In this document: piece by piece, positions 20,101 to 29,125 of the stretch | How the letters are laid out: the number at the start of each line of letters is the position of its first letter | Numbering within the stretch: the first letter of the stretch is position 1 | From: a virus | DNA length: 64,000 bases | Strand: one strand, 5' to 3' | IMG/VR virus record: IMGVR_UViG_3300048035_000135 | Span: 31,864-95,863 of that record | Translations under genes and position numbers: made by a program | Notes under the pieces: model-generated | The model's input: the letters and a program-made list of their open reading frames with translations, nothing else | Told to the model about the DNA's origin: nothing | Databases searched by the model: none

Positions 20101-23100
20101 GATGCTACAATATTTTTAGCATTAGCTCCACTTAAACCTTGTGGACCTGCTACACCACCAACATTTAACGACCATGTCGTTTGTGTTCCACCACCAGTAA
20201 TTGTATCTACATTCAACGACATCGCACCATTGGCTGAGTTGTATGAGTTTACCGTACCATTTACAAAATTAGAACTATCGTAAGAAAGAACTGCTGTTAA
20301 TCCTGCAGTCCAAGCTAATCCAGTATCTGCTGTAAATGTTAGTGTATCATCTCTTTGTAATGTTGTTAAGTTTATTGTTGTTGTAATTGAAGTATCAGCA
20401 AACTTATCACCATCTTGTCCTTGCTTAGCTTTGGTTAAACTCATTACTTTATCAATGGCAATACTACCACTAGCTATTCCAATTGTAACCGAACCACTAT
20501 CTTCAGTCATTCCCGTTACAACCACACTTGCGTTAGAATCTCCAGATGAATATGTACCACTATCCCCTATAAGATTTGTTGATACACCCGACCCATTTGT
20601 TCTACTAATTGTATAAGCTGAAGTTTTATCTGTAATACCTTCGAATACAGTTATATCGGTTTCCGCGCCTGAAAATGAGATTACCGTACCATCTGGCTGT
20701 GCGGCTAATGTGTGTGATTCATTACTAAGAATTACTTGAACAGAATCTGCTCCAGCCTCACCATCGGCTCCACCATCCAATGCAAATACTTTGAATGAAT
20801 CGGTTAAACCATTTTTTGATACACTAATCGTAATTGGGAATTTATTTTTATTAGAACCATTTGGTGTATTTGTTCCAAATACTAAACTACCACTAATTAC
20901 CCCAGTACTATTTAATAATGTTGTAGGAGCAAATGTTGGTACAGTCAAAGAACCACCATCAGTATCTACCATCGTAACATCACTTGCTGTAATGGTTTCT
21001 CCTAAATTTTGTTGATTGATAAATAATTCAATAGTGTTATCTTCAGGATTTGTTGCTGATGCAGATACAAATGCGAACACTTGGGAATCTGCGGTTATAC
21101 TTAATGTTTTAGCGTTTGCACCTGGCGTTCCATCATCCCCATCATCTCCCTGTCTACTTACACCAACCGACATTATCTTAGAAAGTGATACACTTTCCGA
21201 TACTGCGGTGATTGTTACTGAACCACTATGTGGGGTTGTTGTATTTGTTATAGTAAATGTATTTGATGAAGATACTACCGTCATATATGATGGTGAACTT
21301 TCGGTATATGTATAATTTGATGTAGAATCTGTTATACCTTCAAATACTTTTATTTGAGTATTAGCACCTGCGTATGATTGAATCACACCAGAACTACTTA
21401 ATGGTAGTGTATGAGCTTCATTAGTTAAAAATGTAGTTACTGCATCTTGCCCCTCAGTTCCATCAGAACCTGGCTGAATACCGAATAATGTTAAAGAATC
21501 TGCAGTTAGGGATGTTCCACCAGAAGAACCTGTAAATGTTTTTACTTCATATGTTTTTGGAGTAGAGGCAGTTGGTTTTTCTGCTACAGTATCAACAGTA
21601 AATGTGTTTGTTGTACTTCTACTTCCTTGTAGTGTAGAATCTTTATAAAATTCATAATATACAGTATCAGAACCAAAGTTTTGTGCTGTGGCGGTTAGTG
21701 TTATTGATTGAGCCGCAGGGTCTTCGTTACCATCCGAATCAAATGTAATAACATATTTATCAGCTGATAATTCTACTGTTCTTCCCGCAGAACCCGTTGC
21801 TATATTTTCAATAGCAGTTTCTACTGATGTTCCATCTGCAAAGTTTAGTTGCCCAACAATTGTTAGTGTAGATGTTGATGGATTCCAAGATAATTTATTA
21901 CCTAATGAGAAATTAGAACCTGAATCTACATAGAACCCAGTGTTTGAATTGTTGTAATTACCGGCTCCAGTAAATAATTTACCATCATCCATATTGATTC
22001 CACCAATGGAACCTGTTCTTGCTATTATACCACCTTGTAGGAATACGTTATCTGTTGCTAATCCAAAACCAGGATTAGGATTTCCAAATACATAAGTTGA
22101 ATTAGCTAATCCACTTAAATCACCTAATCTAGCTTTCAAAGCCACATCGTATAATCCACTACCCGTTCTTTCTACTATATCAATAAATGGTGTTGCCGTA
22201 TCATTTGGATTGGCATTCATTTTGATATAACCAGTGTTTAATTTACCAGTCGATACAACTACCTGTCCATCTTCATAAGCTTGAGCTGAAGATGCTAAAT
22301 CACCAACGAAATCACCTTGCTGTCCACTACCATATGCTCGTTGTACATATATTCTACCAAAAGTTTCATCTTCATTTGAGTTATCACCCTCAACTGATGC
22401 TGATTCTAATAAAAGATATTCTGTTTGGAATCCAGTATTATCTACTTTTTTAGCCAAAAGTATTTCACCTGCGGAAAATCCACTAGCATTCTTAACAGAC
22501 ATTGTTGTATCTGTTGCTGTTATAGAACCTGTAATGGTAGTAGCGTTAGCAACCCATAATTGTCCACCAACTGCATTTACCGATTCTTTCTCAAAGGTAG
22601 TTGTTCTTAATGTACCTCTTATTCTAATATTTTCAAATTCTGCCGTTCCGTTTCCTTCGGATGAAATCTTCCAACCTTTTAAACCACTAGCGAAATCTCT
22701 TGTCTGTAAGATACCTTCTGGTTTCATCAAAAGGTTTCCACCTTCGATTGATGAGGTAGTTATTCCCCAACCACCAATTGATGCTGATACGAATCTTGCG
22801 AAACCATCTGCTTTTATAGATGATGATGAGTTTGTTTCAGTTGAGGCAACTCCACCAATTGATGCGGGTGTTCTAAGATTATCAACTGTTAAATCTGCGT
22901 TAATTGTTGCGTTTGCTCCAATAACCAAACTACCCGCCCCACCATTAGCAGAAGGATTTAAGTGGAATATTGAAGAACTAATTTCTATAGCTCCATCAGA
23001 ACCACTTATAAATTGTGTATTTTCTGTACCTATGAAAAACTTATCAGTTTTAACATCTAATAAACCGCCATCATCAGTTGTAAAGATAAGGTGTCTTGCA

Positions 23101-24521
23101 TCATTATCACCGATAAACTGCATACCAACACCATTTAAGAAATCTTCACCCATCTTTAAGTTACCAGAACCACTATAGATTACAAATCCACCTGGCGCTT
23201 TACCTAAAGATGCTGAGGTTTGTCCATCAAATCCAACTGAACGGATGAATCCACTACTAGCACCACCAATCTCAATACCAGTTCCCAATGTGTTTGATAT
23301 ATAGATAGAACCACTAATTAAGTTTTCAGAACCACCAATGTAAACATTATCACCATCAAACACAAATGGTTTAGATAGTGTTTGGGTTCTTGATATACTA
23401 CCTTCAGAGTTTAGATATAATAATTTTAATATCTTAGGGTCTTTTAAGTTTTTAGATGGTATCGGTACTTTGATACTTGCTGAAGAACTGAATGGAACTT
23501 CTACTTCATTTAATAATTCAAAATCACCTGGCAATCCATCAGATTTATGTAATATTTTTATTTTATCAACAACACCAGTTATAGGGTCTATGTTGTTTAA
23601 AGTTATGTTTGCAAAGTTTCGTTTGTTCTCTGTATTTACATTTGAACCAGTTTGAATATATTCAATTTTATAATCAGCTTCACTTACAAAATCAAATGTA
23701 TGAGTTAAATCTGCTCTATCGCTAAATGATGTTGTAAAGTTTGTAGTTGGTTTTAATACTTTATTCGTTAATACTTCTTTAATAGATGAACTAAAGAATG
23801 TAGAACTTAATGGGTTTTCAATATTAGATATTGGTTCGGCTGGTTTGGTGAAGTTATTTAGTATGATAGAACCACCAACCATCTCACCATTCAATGTACC
23901 TGAATCTTTGATTTCTATTATGGGAGTTTCCCCTTTAAATATGTATTGTACTTTACCTGTTTGGCTTGTTAAATTTAAACCATCTCCTGATTGAGGTTGG
24001 TTTTGGTATGCTTCAACACTTTGAGAAACTATTAATGAAGGAATTACATTAGGGTCAAAAATAATTTCAGATGTATTATCTCGTTCCCTATCAACAGTAA
24101 CAGTAGTTTGCCACTTTACATTTAATTTACCTCTATGTTTTTGTGGTAATGGGTTTCCATCCATATCCACATTAGCAATACCCACTAATGTAATTGTAGC
24201 TTCACCATTTGGAGTGTTATCTTCACCTTTGTCGTGATAAACCCAAATAGATATAACCCTACTTTTATCGTTTTCTAAGTAATCAGGTATCTCATAGTAT
24301 ATAGGATTCCCATTAGAATCTCTAACATCAACATAAACTTGAGTACCAGGTACCAAATTTGTTGGATGCGCAGTAATTCTTAAAAGGTTTTTACCTTTCT
24401 GTAAAACTTGTGGTACGTCAGAAACTCTAAAATACTTTGTTGATTTTGGCGTATTATCAACAATGTATGTTTGTATATCTGTTACGTTATCTCGTACCGA
24501 ACTTTTATAAACTAAGGACAT
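14157..24521 (-). CDS. Giant tail fibre / receptor-binding protein, 3454 aa
   Basis: G/S/T-rich beta repeats, SIGG shaft motifs, GWKISSEGNGTAEFENIRIRG motif, tandem Ig-like modules with G-x-D-G linkers. Confidence 0.85.
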   Translation of the reverse strand: MSLVYKSSVRDNVTDIQTYIVDNTPKSTKYFRVSDVPQVLQKGKNLLRITAHPTNLVPGTQVYVDVRDSNGNPIYYEIPDYLENDKSRVISIWVYHDKGEDNTPNGEATITLVGIANVDMDGNPLPQKHRGKLNVKWQTTVTVDRERDNTSEIIFDPNVIPSLIVSQSVEAYQNQPQSGDGLNLTSQTGKVQYIFKGETPIIEIKDSGTLNGEMVGGSIILNNFTKPAEPISNIENPLSSTFFSSSIKEVLTNKVLKPTTNFTTSFSDRADLTHTFDFVSEADYKIEYIQTGSNVNTENKRNFANITLNNIDPITGVVDKIKILHKSDGLPGDFELLNEVEVPFSSSASIKVPIPSKNLKDPKILKLLYLNSEGSISRTQTLSKPFVFDGDNVYIGGSENLISGSIYISNTLGTGIEIGGASSGFIRSVGFDGQTSASLGKAPGGFVIYSGSGNLKMGEDFLNGVGMQFIGDNDARHLIFTTDDGGLLDVKTDKFFIGTENTQFISGSDGAIEISSSIFHLNPSANGGAGSLVIGANATINADLTVDNLRTPASIGGVASTETNSSSSIKADGFARFVSASIGGWGITTSSIEGGNLLMKPEGILQTRDFASGLKGWKISSEGNGTAEFENIRIRGTLRTTTFEKESVNAVGGQLWVANATTITGSITATDTTMSVKNASGFSAGEILLAKKVDNTGFQTEYLLLESASVEGDNSNEDETFGRIYVQRAYGSGQQGDFVGDLASSAQAYEDGQVVVSTGKLNTGYIKMNANPNDTATPFIDIVERTGSGLYDVALKARLGDLSGLANSTYVFGNPNPGFGLATDNVFLQGGIIARTGSIGGINMDDGKLFTGAGNYNNSNTGFYVDSGSNFSLGNKLSWNPSTSTLTIVGQLNFADGTSVETAIENIATGSAGRTVELSADKYVITFDSDGNEDPAAQSITLTATAQNFGSDTVYYEFYKDSTLQGSRSTTNTFTVDTVAEKPTASTPKTYEVKTFTGSSGGTSLTADSLTLFGIQPGSDGTEGQDAVTTFLTNEAHTLPLSSSGVIQSYAGANTQIKVFEGITDSTSNYTYTESSPSYMTVVSSSNTFTITNTTTPHSGSVTITAVSESVSLSKIMSVGVSRQGDDGDDGTPGANAKTLSITADSQVFAFVSASATNPEDNTIELFINQQNLGETITASDVTMVDTDGGSLTVPTFAPTTLLNSTGVISGSLVFGTNTPNGSNKNKFPITISVSKNGLTDSFKVFALDGGADGEAGADSVQVILSNESHTLAAQPDGTVISFSGAETDITVFEGITDKTSAYTISRTNGSGVSTNLIGDSGTYSSGDSNASVVVTGMTEDSGSVTIGIASGSIAIDKVMSLTKAKQGQDGDKFADTSITTTINLTTLQRDDTLTFTADTGLAWTAGLTAVLSYDSSNFVNGTVNSYNSANGAMSLNVDTITGGGTQTTWSLNVGGVAGPQGLSGANAKNIVASVDSQVFSFLSASDNTAEPTSVIFSFNQQNLNNATIGSGDITITGADGTNITNFSLDNNDVDSNFSGIVSGSLSFSAATNSGGLGSDKDKLPVTISATKDGLTDSIKVFKVEGGTAGSDGTDAVTAFLTNEAHTFASDNDGNIVSFNGAFTDMEVFEGLTNVTSNYVISSSFGDGTASDSNNRVTISALSHDSGSVKITATSGSGGAQVQLVKTMSLSKSKQGAAGLPGDSAKMLTITSDSPVFSFASASSSTAIDDTIELIINQQNLSATVDVNDIVIKDKSGNPLTDPTLAPSSLNNNTGLVSGSITFSGTVSGDKTKLPLEITVTQDGLEDSLKIFKVEGGTGGTDGTDAINGFLSNESHTFPADSNGNIASFVGGTTTMSVFEGVTDRTSIYTYSKSDGTGVTSALGTGATKNVLTISALGHDSGSVDITATSGSGGGQVSITKTMSLTKARQGSDGSDGTAAKLLIGSLNSQVFAFEDSTSNTADPLSIEFSFQQQNLSGSLGFLTIGSSDIDVRDVNNDSITGFGFDNNDVTNGTGIVSGSITFASSPSAGGVGGNTAKLPITITATKDGLSDSVKIFKVVGGADGAAGTNAVTALLTNDSHTLPVSSSGNVISFAGANTEMIVFEGTSDRSSNYTFERTAPSHMTTTKVNGTITLTASTTPFTGSIVITAESGSGGGQVQLSKTMSISQALQGDDGDDGTPGSSAKLVTLTSDSQVFTFASASVTTPDDNTIELFFNQQNLNGTIGASDVTITDGTGATHTVPTLAPSSLTDGTGIVSGSLVFSTNTPTNKTKFPITISVTKDGVSDSTKIFTLDGGADGTDGADGSGGLTVILSNESHTIGADSDGTVPSGGFVGAETDVTIFEGVTDKTTEYFTHGVPSTGVTIDNDFNSFNSSSLNVTAMGHDSGSVTITSISGGVPHTGWGANAGENWSTNQFVTNGTGDINGTDNDWYLVDNPDTINVGTGDGELRNNYVEFGNDADNDRAWIVGKDIVAYDDTKTYYVEARFKRVAGSGLVYIGVNGWSNETTKRNSSGTNSFSSQHYIGAAGFSFGDGEGTDWVTKRGYFSGHGTSAGTNSGEAPDINNPKNIHTNAAYISPLFISSHPDESGIVRLDYIEIKEVKDGSGNLSAGTVKVDKTMSLSKSKQGAQGQQGDNNQDFSYLDASLSGIGPIGSPGLLMNSQVFGFHNGIQGTDGLLSDFTSFLDSSGNFYLGGNGSGMSGSAATSGYLAWNNTDRSLLISGSNVNIEVDKFFVGNTNTQFISGSNGVIEISGSNFHLDSAGNVSMSGTVNASAGSIGGFTISNTSIDSTNGNLRLKSNGEMTGSAIHLTGGDIAGIKFDSGKIFTGVGNYSKADTPLYIGDNGDFSLTNAFAWDAGNSTLNITGNVTVTNPEDFAASTFDQLFGQAVDSTLRWRIQNLTENKIPSTAGQVGYNRYQGSNANGWTKGIVTRKPFQRSTNTTAVWDVLVNDGGGGSSRGTTTEGVYVFIGFTDIDSDLDLTTADSYNHIGHGVYLTSVQDSSQYYNDVRVIENGSILNANTVDWESNSIGYTGGPKEGNVPWVTGTDTKLRIEITLKSDGGATYRIFVNSDFSTPAWSYDTNTSYGGLNTNEDYFPAMLLYHDTGGKQIGIESFNVNGTPKTTTLSGNAISTGRIDSTNVSPTAGSRIDLDAGTFFLGGTGSNSKLSWNGTKLEVDGTVNANDGTIGGLTIGSNSIESSTNLASPDSSPAFELNSSGEISGSNLYVRKVAGGVVYKIFDTEIGLIEAKNIGRQVVNDGDLYYMTDRDSSTMILMKQWYFHLLPYETRLTISGMSAVGSFSTTTGMHANADFALQLDYLKRTSANQYYTATDIPDSPMGVYYVTGDTHGVWKRVNSDITNSGFDLNGADDVFKTRFRVGSSVISYTIPEEAQSQYCRVQLFMNLALDGSSGGGIQATRCGAYFKGLDIIATRPLSQTSMGSTAATLVSAENFPSA
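16620..21790 (-). repeat. Alternating A/B protein repeat array in the tail fibre (6 B units, 5 A units plus one divergent A)
   Basis: B: L(T/S)N(E/D)xHT...VFEG...SGSV.I...KTMS...QG. A: DSQVF.F...NQQNL...VSGS..F...K.P.TI...DS.K.F...GG. Confidence 0.9.
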
Positions 24522-24551
24522 TCATTACTCCCATATATTTCTTTACTATAA

Positions 24552-27500
24552 CTATAAATATCTAATTGATGAAAATCCACCTAATTTTGTAATATCTATA
24601 ATTTGGTCTACCATATCTCTCGTTTTATCAATGTGAGATATAGTAACTATGAAATCAAATTGATTCTTCAGGTAATCAAATAATAAATATAAAGAATTAA
24701 AGTTATCAGTATCTAATGAACCAAACCCCTCATCAATTGCGATAAAGTTTGGACGGGGTAAATTTGATACATTTACCAATGCCGTTCTGATGGCTACTGA
24801 TGAAATAAACTTTTCCATCCCACTAGTCAATTCTAATGGCCAATATTCTTCAGTTCCATATGCAATATATGAATTAATATTCTTACCATCTGTATTTAGA
24901 AGGATTTGGAAATCTACAATTGGTTGTAATATATTATTAATCTCTACTTCTAATTTAGGAAGTATCTCTGAGATTAATTCATATGGGATTCCATCTCTTC
25001 TAACACATTGTAAGTAGTATTCATATCCTTCATACTTTTGTTCCATCTCTTCTAACTTATCGATAGAATCATTTACAGTTTGTATTACATTCTCTGAAAT
25101 ACGAATATCACCATTGATATCAATTATATCATCATTTAAGTTAGAAATATCAACATCTAAATTATCTAAAGAATCTTTTGCTTTATCAATTTTTTGTTGT
25201 ATCTTTGTATTATGCTTTACTGATGCTTTTTGTTCTAATGATTTATTTATATTATTTTCTGTTGAATCTAATTTACTTTTTAACTCTGATAGTTCTAAGT
25301 TGCAAGATTTATTTGTTAATTGTAATTTTTCTATTTGATTAGTTAAATCATCGGATTGTGTTTTCAGTTCTTGAACTGTAACCAACACTTCTCTAACATC
25401 GTACTTAAACATTTCCGATTTCATATCGATGATTTCTTCACTTAATCTATTTGATTTTAGTTTTAACTTTTCGATATCATCAGATAATGTTTTTGATTTT
25501 TTAGCGAATGGTGTATTTTGATTCTTTACACAATGTTCACAATTATCATCAAATGTTAACTGCCCAATTCCTTCTAAATGTTCTTCTTTATGGTCTATAT
25601 CAGTATTAATAGAATCTAAAGAATGAGTAATCTCTTCCAATCTGTTAACATAGGATTGGTGTTTTAAGTGATTTTGTTTTAAAAGGTTTAAATCATATGA
25701 TGTGTATGTTTCATTGACTCTATCTAAATCTTTAGTTAAAGTTTCAATATCTGTAACATACCCATTACATTCTTTTGATTTATCTACTATTTGTTGTTTT
25801 AATTCTTTTTTAAGTTCTCTAAGAGAATTTGTATCTATTATTGTATCATCTACAGGTTTTAAATCTGATACTAAATTATCTTTGGTTTCTCTTAACTGAT
25901 TTCTTTTATCTTTTAACTTAGATAACTTATCATTATGTTTAATTAGTACCTTTTCATTCTTTTGTAAATCTTCTTTTGCTTCCACTAACTTATCAGTAAA
26001 GTTTTGATTCTTATAATCTTTTAGTAAAGCACTTAACTCTCTAATCTCATCATTAGCTATTTGATACAATTCTTCAAATACATTCATATCTAAAAATTGA
26101 GCAAGAAGTTCTTTCTTCTCTCTTTGTGATTTCTCAATGAACCCACCACTATTAGATTGATTAGACATTGCTGTAAGAATGAAATCTTCATACGAACCAA
26201 CATACTGTCTGATTATAGAGTTTGTATCTCTTCTCTCTTCACCATTTAGAGATTCAGTAGAACCATCTTCGTTTATCCTATAGAAGTTTACATCAACCTT
26301 TACAGTTCCCCTCTTAGGCGATTTCTTACCAACTCTTTCTATAAAGTAATCAATACCATTAATCTCAAAGTTAAACTTACAATCAAACTTTGATTTAGAA
26401 TAGTTCAATACATCTAATGCTTTATTTGTACGAGAACACTTATCAAATAAACAGAATGATAGAGCATCCCATAATGATGATTTACCACTAGCGTTTGGGG
26501 CAAAGATTCCATATGCTCCTTTCATTTGTGAAAAATCAACTATGTTGTTTGTACCATATGAAAACATATTAGAGAACTCAAATGTTTTTGGTTTCCATAT
26601 AATGTTTTTCATTCCGTGAACACCACCCAACTTATTGTTTATATCTTGATTGATGTTTCGTATCACTTCCATTTGTTCATCAGCGATGATGTACTTATCC
26701 GATAGATACTTTTCCATCATTTTATTTTGGAAACCAATATCTCTTACGTTTTGTAATGTAATGTTTGAATCACCAATAGAATCTTTTCTATCTGATAATA
26801 CTTTTTGAATCGTTAGTTCTTGTACTTTTCTACCAATCTTAACCTCTGATATAATTTTCTTTAGTTGTGATTGAGTTGTATCTTTTACTCTAACTCTCAT
26901 ACGAGGTTTGTTAGGTATCGTTGGATTACCTATCAACTTACCATTGTCAACATCTAAGGTTACATATCCATAATCGTTATGAATCGGAACAAACTCTGAT
27001 TCTTTGGTTTCAACATCCCATACCAAAATACCATGCTCAGGATATTTAGCTTCGGCATGATTCTGCATAATCGTAGAACCACAATACTTAATCGTACCCT
27101 CATCATTTAGTGATTGATTTGGAACGTGGATATCACCCAATAGAACTAAATCATATCCATCGAATGAATCTACCTTTACGTTTTTGTTTTCTAATTGAAA
27201 CCCATATTCTGTTTTTACCTTATCTACAGGAGCATGATATAAAGCAATCTTATAATCACCATGCACTTCTTCAGATGGGATAATCTCTTTTACATCACCA
27301 AAAACAGATGAGTGTGAAAAGGAAATTCCACCCATTTTCCAAACTCCATCATCTTTTAGATAATGTAGATTTGAATGATTCAATGCGTTTACGATTGGTG
27401 ATAATGCATCTAATCTATTTGGATTGTTTAGATTGGCATCGTGATTACCTGGTATCATAATTGTTGGTAATAAATCCGATAGGTTTTTTAGAAATGTTTG

Positions 27501-27725
27501 AGTCATTTCTATAACCTCAGGAGTCATATCCGTTTTTGCGTGAACAATATCTCCACATAATACAATGATGGAATCATCAGTCTTTGTAGTGGAAATATAA
27601 TCATAAAGATGGGAAAATACTTCCCTATATTCTTTATGTCTTTTTAAATTTCTGATATGTACATCAGCGATGTGGTAAATCTTTTTGATTGTACCATCAT
27701 ACTTTATTCTCTTCGATTTTCTCAT
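24552..27725 (-). CDS. Fused SbcD(Mre11)-SbcC(Rad50) recombination nuclease/ATPase (gp47+gp46-like)
   Basis: IADVH, GDIVH, GNHD and GDIH phosphoesterase motifs; APNASGKSS Walker A; CEHC hook; LTSGME signature; IDEGFGSLD Walker B. Confidence 0.93.
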   Translation of the reverse strand: MRKSKRIKYDGTIKKIYHIADVHIRNLKRHKEYREVFSHLYDYISTTKTDDSIIVLCGDIVHAKTDMTPEVIEMTQTFLKNLSDLLPTIMIPGNHDANLNNPNRLDALSPIVNALNHSNLHYLKDDGVWKMGGISFSHSSVFGDVKEIIPSEEVHGDYKIALYHAPVDKVKTEYGFQLENKNVKVDSFDGYDLVLLGDIHVPNQSLNDEGTIKYCGSTIMQNHAEAKYPEHGILVWDVETKESEFVPIHNDYGYVTLDVDNGKLIGNPTIPNKPRMRVRVKDTTQSQLKKIISEVKIGRKVQELTIQKVLSDRKDSIGDSNITLQNVRDIGFQNKMMEKYLSDKYIIADEQMEVIRNINQDINNKLGGVHGMKNIIWKPKTFEFSNMFSYGTNNIVDFSQMKGAYGIFAPNASGKSSLWDALSFCLFDKCSRTNKALDVLNYSKSKFDCKFNFEINGIDYFIERVGKKSPKRGTVKVDVNFYRINEDGSTESLNGEERRDTNSIIRQYVGSYEDFILTAMSNQSNSGGFIEKSQREKKELLAQFLDMNVFEELYQIANDEIRELSALLKDYKNQNFTDKLVEAKEDLQKNEKVLIKHNDKLSKLKDKRNQLRETKDNLVSDLKPVDDTIIDTNSLRELKKELKQQIVDKSKECNGYVTDIETLTKDLDRVNETYTSYDLNLLKQNHLKHQSYVNRLEEITHSLDSINTDIDHKEEHLEGIGQLTFDDNCEHCVKNQNTPFAKKSKTLSDDIEKLKLKSNRLSEEIIDMKSEMFKYDVREVLVTVQELKTQSDDLTNQIEKLQLTNKSCNLELSELKSKLDSTENNINKSLEQKASVKHNTKIQQKIDKAKDSLDNLDVDISNLNDDIIDINGDIRISENVIQTVNDSIDKLEEMEQKYEGYEYYLQCVRRDGIPYELISEILPKLEVEINNILQPIVDFQILLNTDGKNINSYIAYGTEEYWPLELTSGMEKFISSVAIRTALVNVSNLPRPNFIAIDEGFGSLDTDNFNSLYLLFDYLKNQFDFIVTISHIDKTRDMVDQIIDITKLGGFSSIRYL

Positions 27726-28654
27726 ACACCTAATAACTTATACTCCATTAACTTTCTTAACGAAAGTAATTCGGTATTGCCTATTTCATTATAAATTTTT
27801 TCAAAACCTAATTCTGATGGGTCTGAATCTCCCATCTCAACAATGTGTACATCAATACCATTGTTCATTAATTCTTCTGCAAATCTAAGTGAGTTTTTAA
27901 ATGCATCTGAATCTAATGCCAAATACACTTTTCTTACACCTTTACTGATTATCTTCTTTTGTAATTCTGATTGTGGTGATTTACCGAATAGTGGAATACT
28001 ATTCATTCGGATTGCCATAGCATCAAATGCCCCCTCACATATAACAATTGGTAAATCCCAATTGATAAACATCTCAAATCCCACAACATCTTTTGATACA
28101 TTTGGGTTCTTATGTTTAAAACTACTATCGTAAAAACTTCTACCCACAAAATAGTTTAACATACCATACTCATCATAAGATGGTACAATTACTTTATGTT
28201 TGTACGGGCCTTCTTCACAATAACCTATTTGGTACTTTATTATCTCTAATGAGGTTACACCCCTTCTATCTAAATAAGACAACGCATGCTTTCTTATAAC
28301 GGATGTGGAAGGTTTCCATAACGGAATATATTCTTTGGGTAATTGAACTACCTTAGATTCTTCGGTAGTTACATCAGTTCTGTATCTATATTTTCTACTG
28401 AAAATAGAATTATGTTCATCCCAAATCTCTTTAGATACTTTAAGTTTTCTAAATAGAGAACGGATTGATTTACCTTTTTCATCAGAAATCCAACAATGCC
28501 AAGGGTTATCTGCATTAGAGTTTAACTTAATGTTTATCTCTAATTTAGGTTTATGATGGTTCACAAATGGTGACCAAAAGGCATAATTATCACCTGATGT
28601 TTTCTTAGCTTTTCCTAAGACAGATTCTAATAAAGAGAGTAGTCTTTCTTCCAT
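27722..28654 (-). CDS. DNA primase (TOPRIM)
   Basis: YL..RG, YFVGR, CEGAFDA and LALDSDA motifs. Likely start MEER at 28654. Confidence 0.9.
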   Translation of the reverse strand: MEERLLSLLESVLGKAKKTSGDNYAFWSPFVNHHKPKLEINIKLNSNADNPWHCWISDEKGKSIRSLFRKLKVSKEIWDEHNSIFSRKYRYRTDVTTEESKVVQLPKEYIPLWKPSTSVIRKHALSYLDRRGVTSLEIIKYQIGYCEEGPYKHKVIVPSYDEYGMLNYFVGRSFYDSSFKHKNPNVSKDVVGFEMFINWDLPIVICEGAFDAMAIRMNSIPLFGKSPQSELQKKIISKGVRKVYLALDSDAFKNSLRFAEELMNNGIDVHIVEMGDSDPSELGFEKIYNEIGNTELLSLRKLMEYKLLGV

Positions 28655-28661
28655 ATTAAAG

Positions 28662-28693
28662 TAAATATACAAAAAATATTTGAATTATCCAAA
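28662..28693 (-). promoter_or_regulatory. Bacteroidota-type promoter for primase/SbcCD
   Basis: TTTG-N20-TATATTTA. Confidence 0.65.
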
Positions 28694-29110
28694 AAATTTC
28701 TTAGTTGGTTTTTCATCTATCCATTCTTGTGGGATTTCTTTCTTTGCCCATTTGAATCCGTTCTTCTCACACCATTGTGCATATGTGGTTTTAGAACCTT
28801 TGTATATTTTACCATTTGGGGATTGTAATACGAACCTTAAATCCATATCAGGATTTTGTTCTTTGATTAATAAATGCTTCTTTCTATCTTCGGGTAAAAA
28901 CCATCCTTTAGATTCTATATAAATATCGTTAGGTAATCTAAAATCGGGTTTGTAAGAATGAGTAGTTGCTGGAATTGTATAGGATACTTCGTGCTCTTCG
29001 TATTCACCATCAATACCTTGTGCTTTAAGTTGTTCATCTATGCGAGTTTCCAACCCACTTTTGTGTCCCTTCATCTTTTGGATGTGAGACCAATTTCCTT
29101 TTTTATTCAT
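28685..29110 (-). CDS. T7 endonuclease I-like Holliday junction resolvase
   Basis: SGLE, YKPDF, IESKG, DRKKHLLIKEQ and YKGSKTTYAQWCEK motifs. Confidence 0.9.
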   Translation of the reverse strand: MNKKGNWSHIQKMKGHKSGLETRIDEQLKAQGIDGEYEEHEVSYTIPATTHSYKPDFRLPNDIYIESKGWFLPEDRKKHLLIKEQNPDMDLRFVLQSPNGKIYKGSKTTYAQWCEKNGFKWAKKEIPQEWIDEKPTKKFFG

Positions 29111-29125
29111 AACTTATTCTTTTTT

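Noticed and set aside
14157-24521. Tail fibre repeats as a diversity-generating retroelement or invertible cassette
   Set aside because: The repeats are old, in-frame and diverged at all bases. No adenine-specific template/variable pair, reverse transcriptase or invertase is visible in the window.
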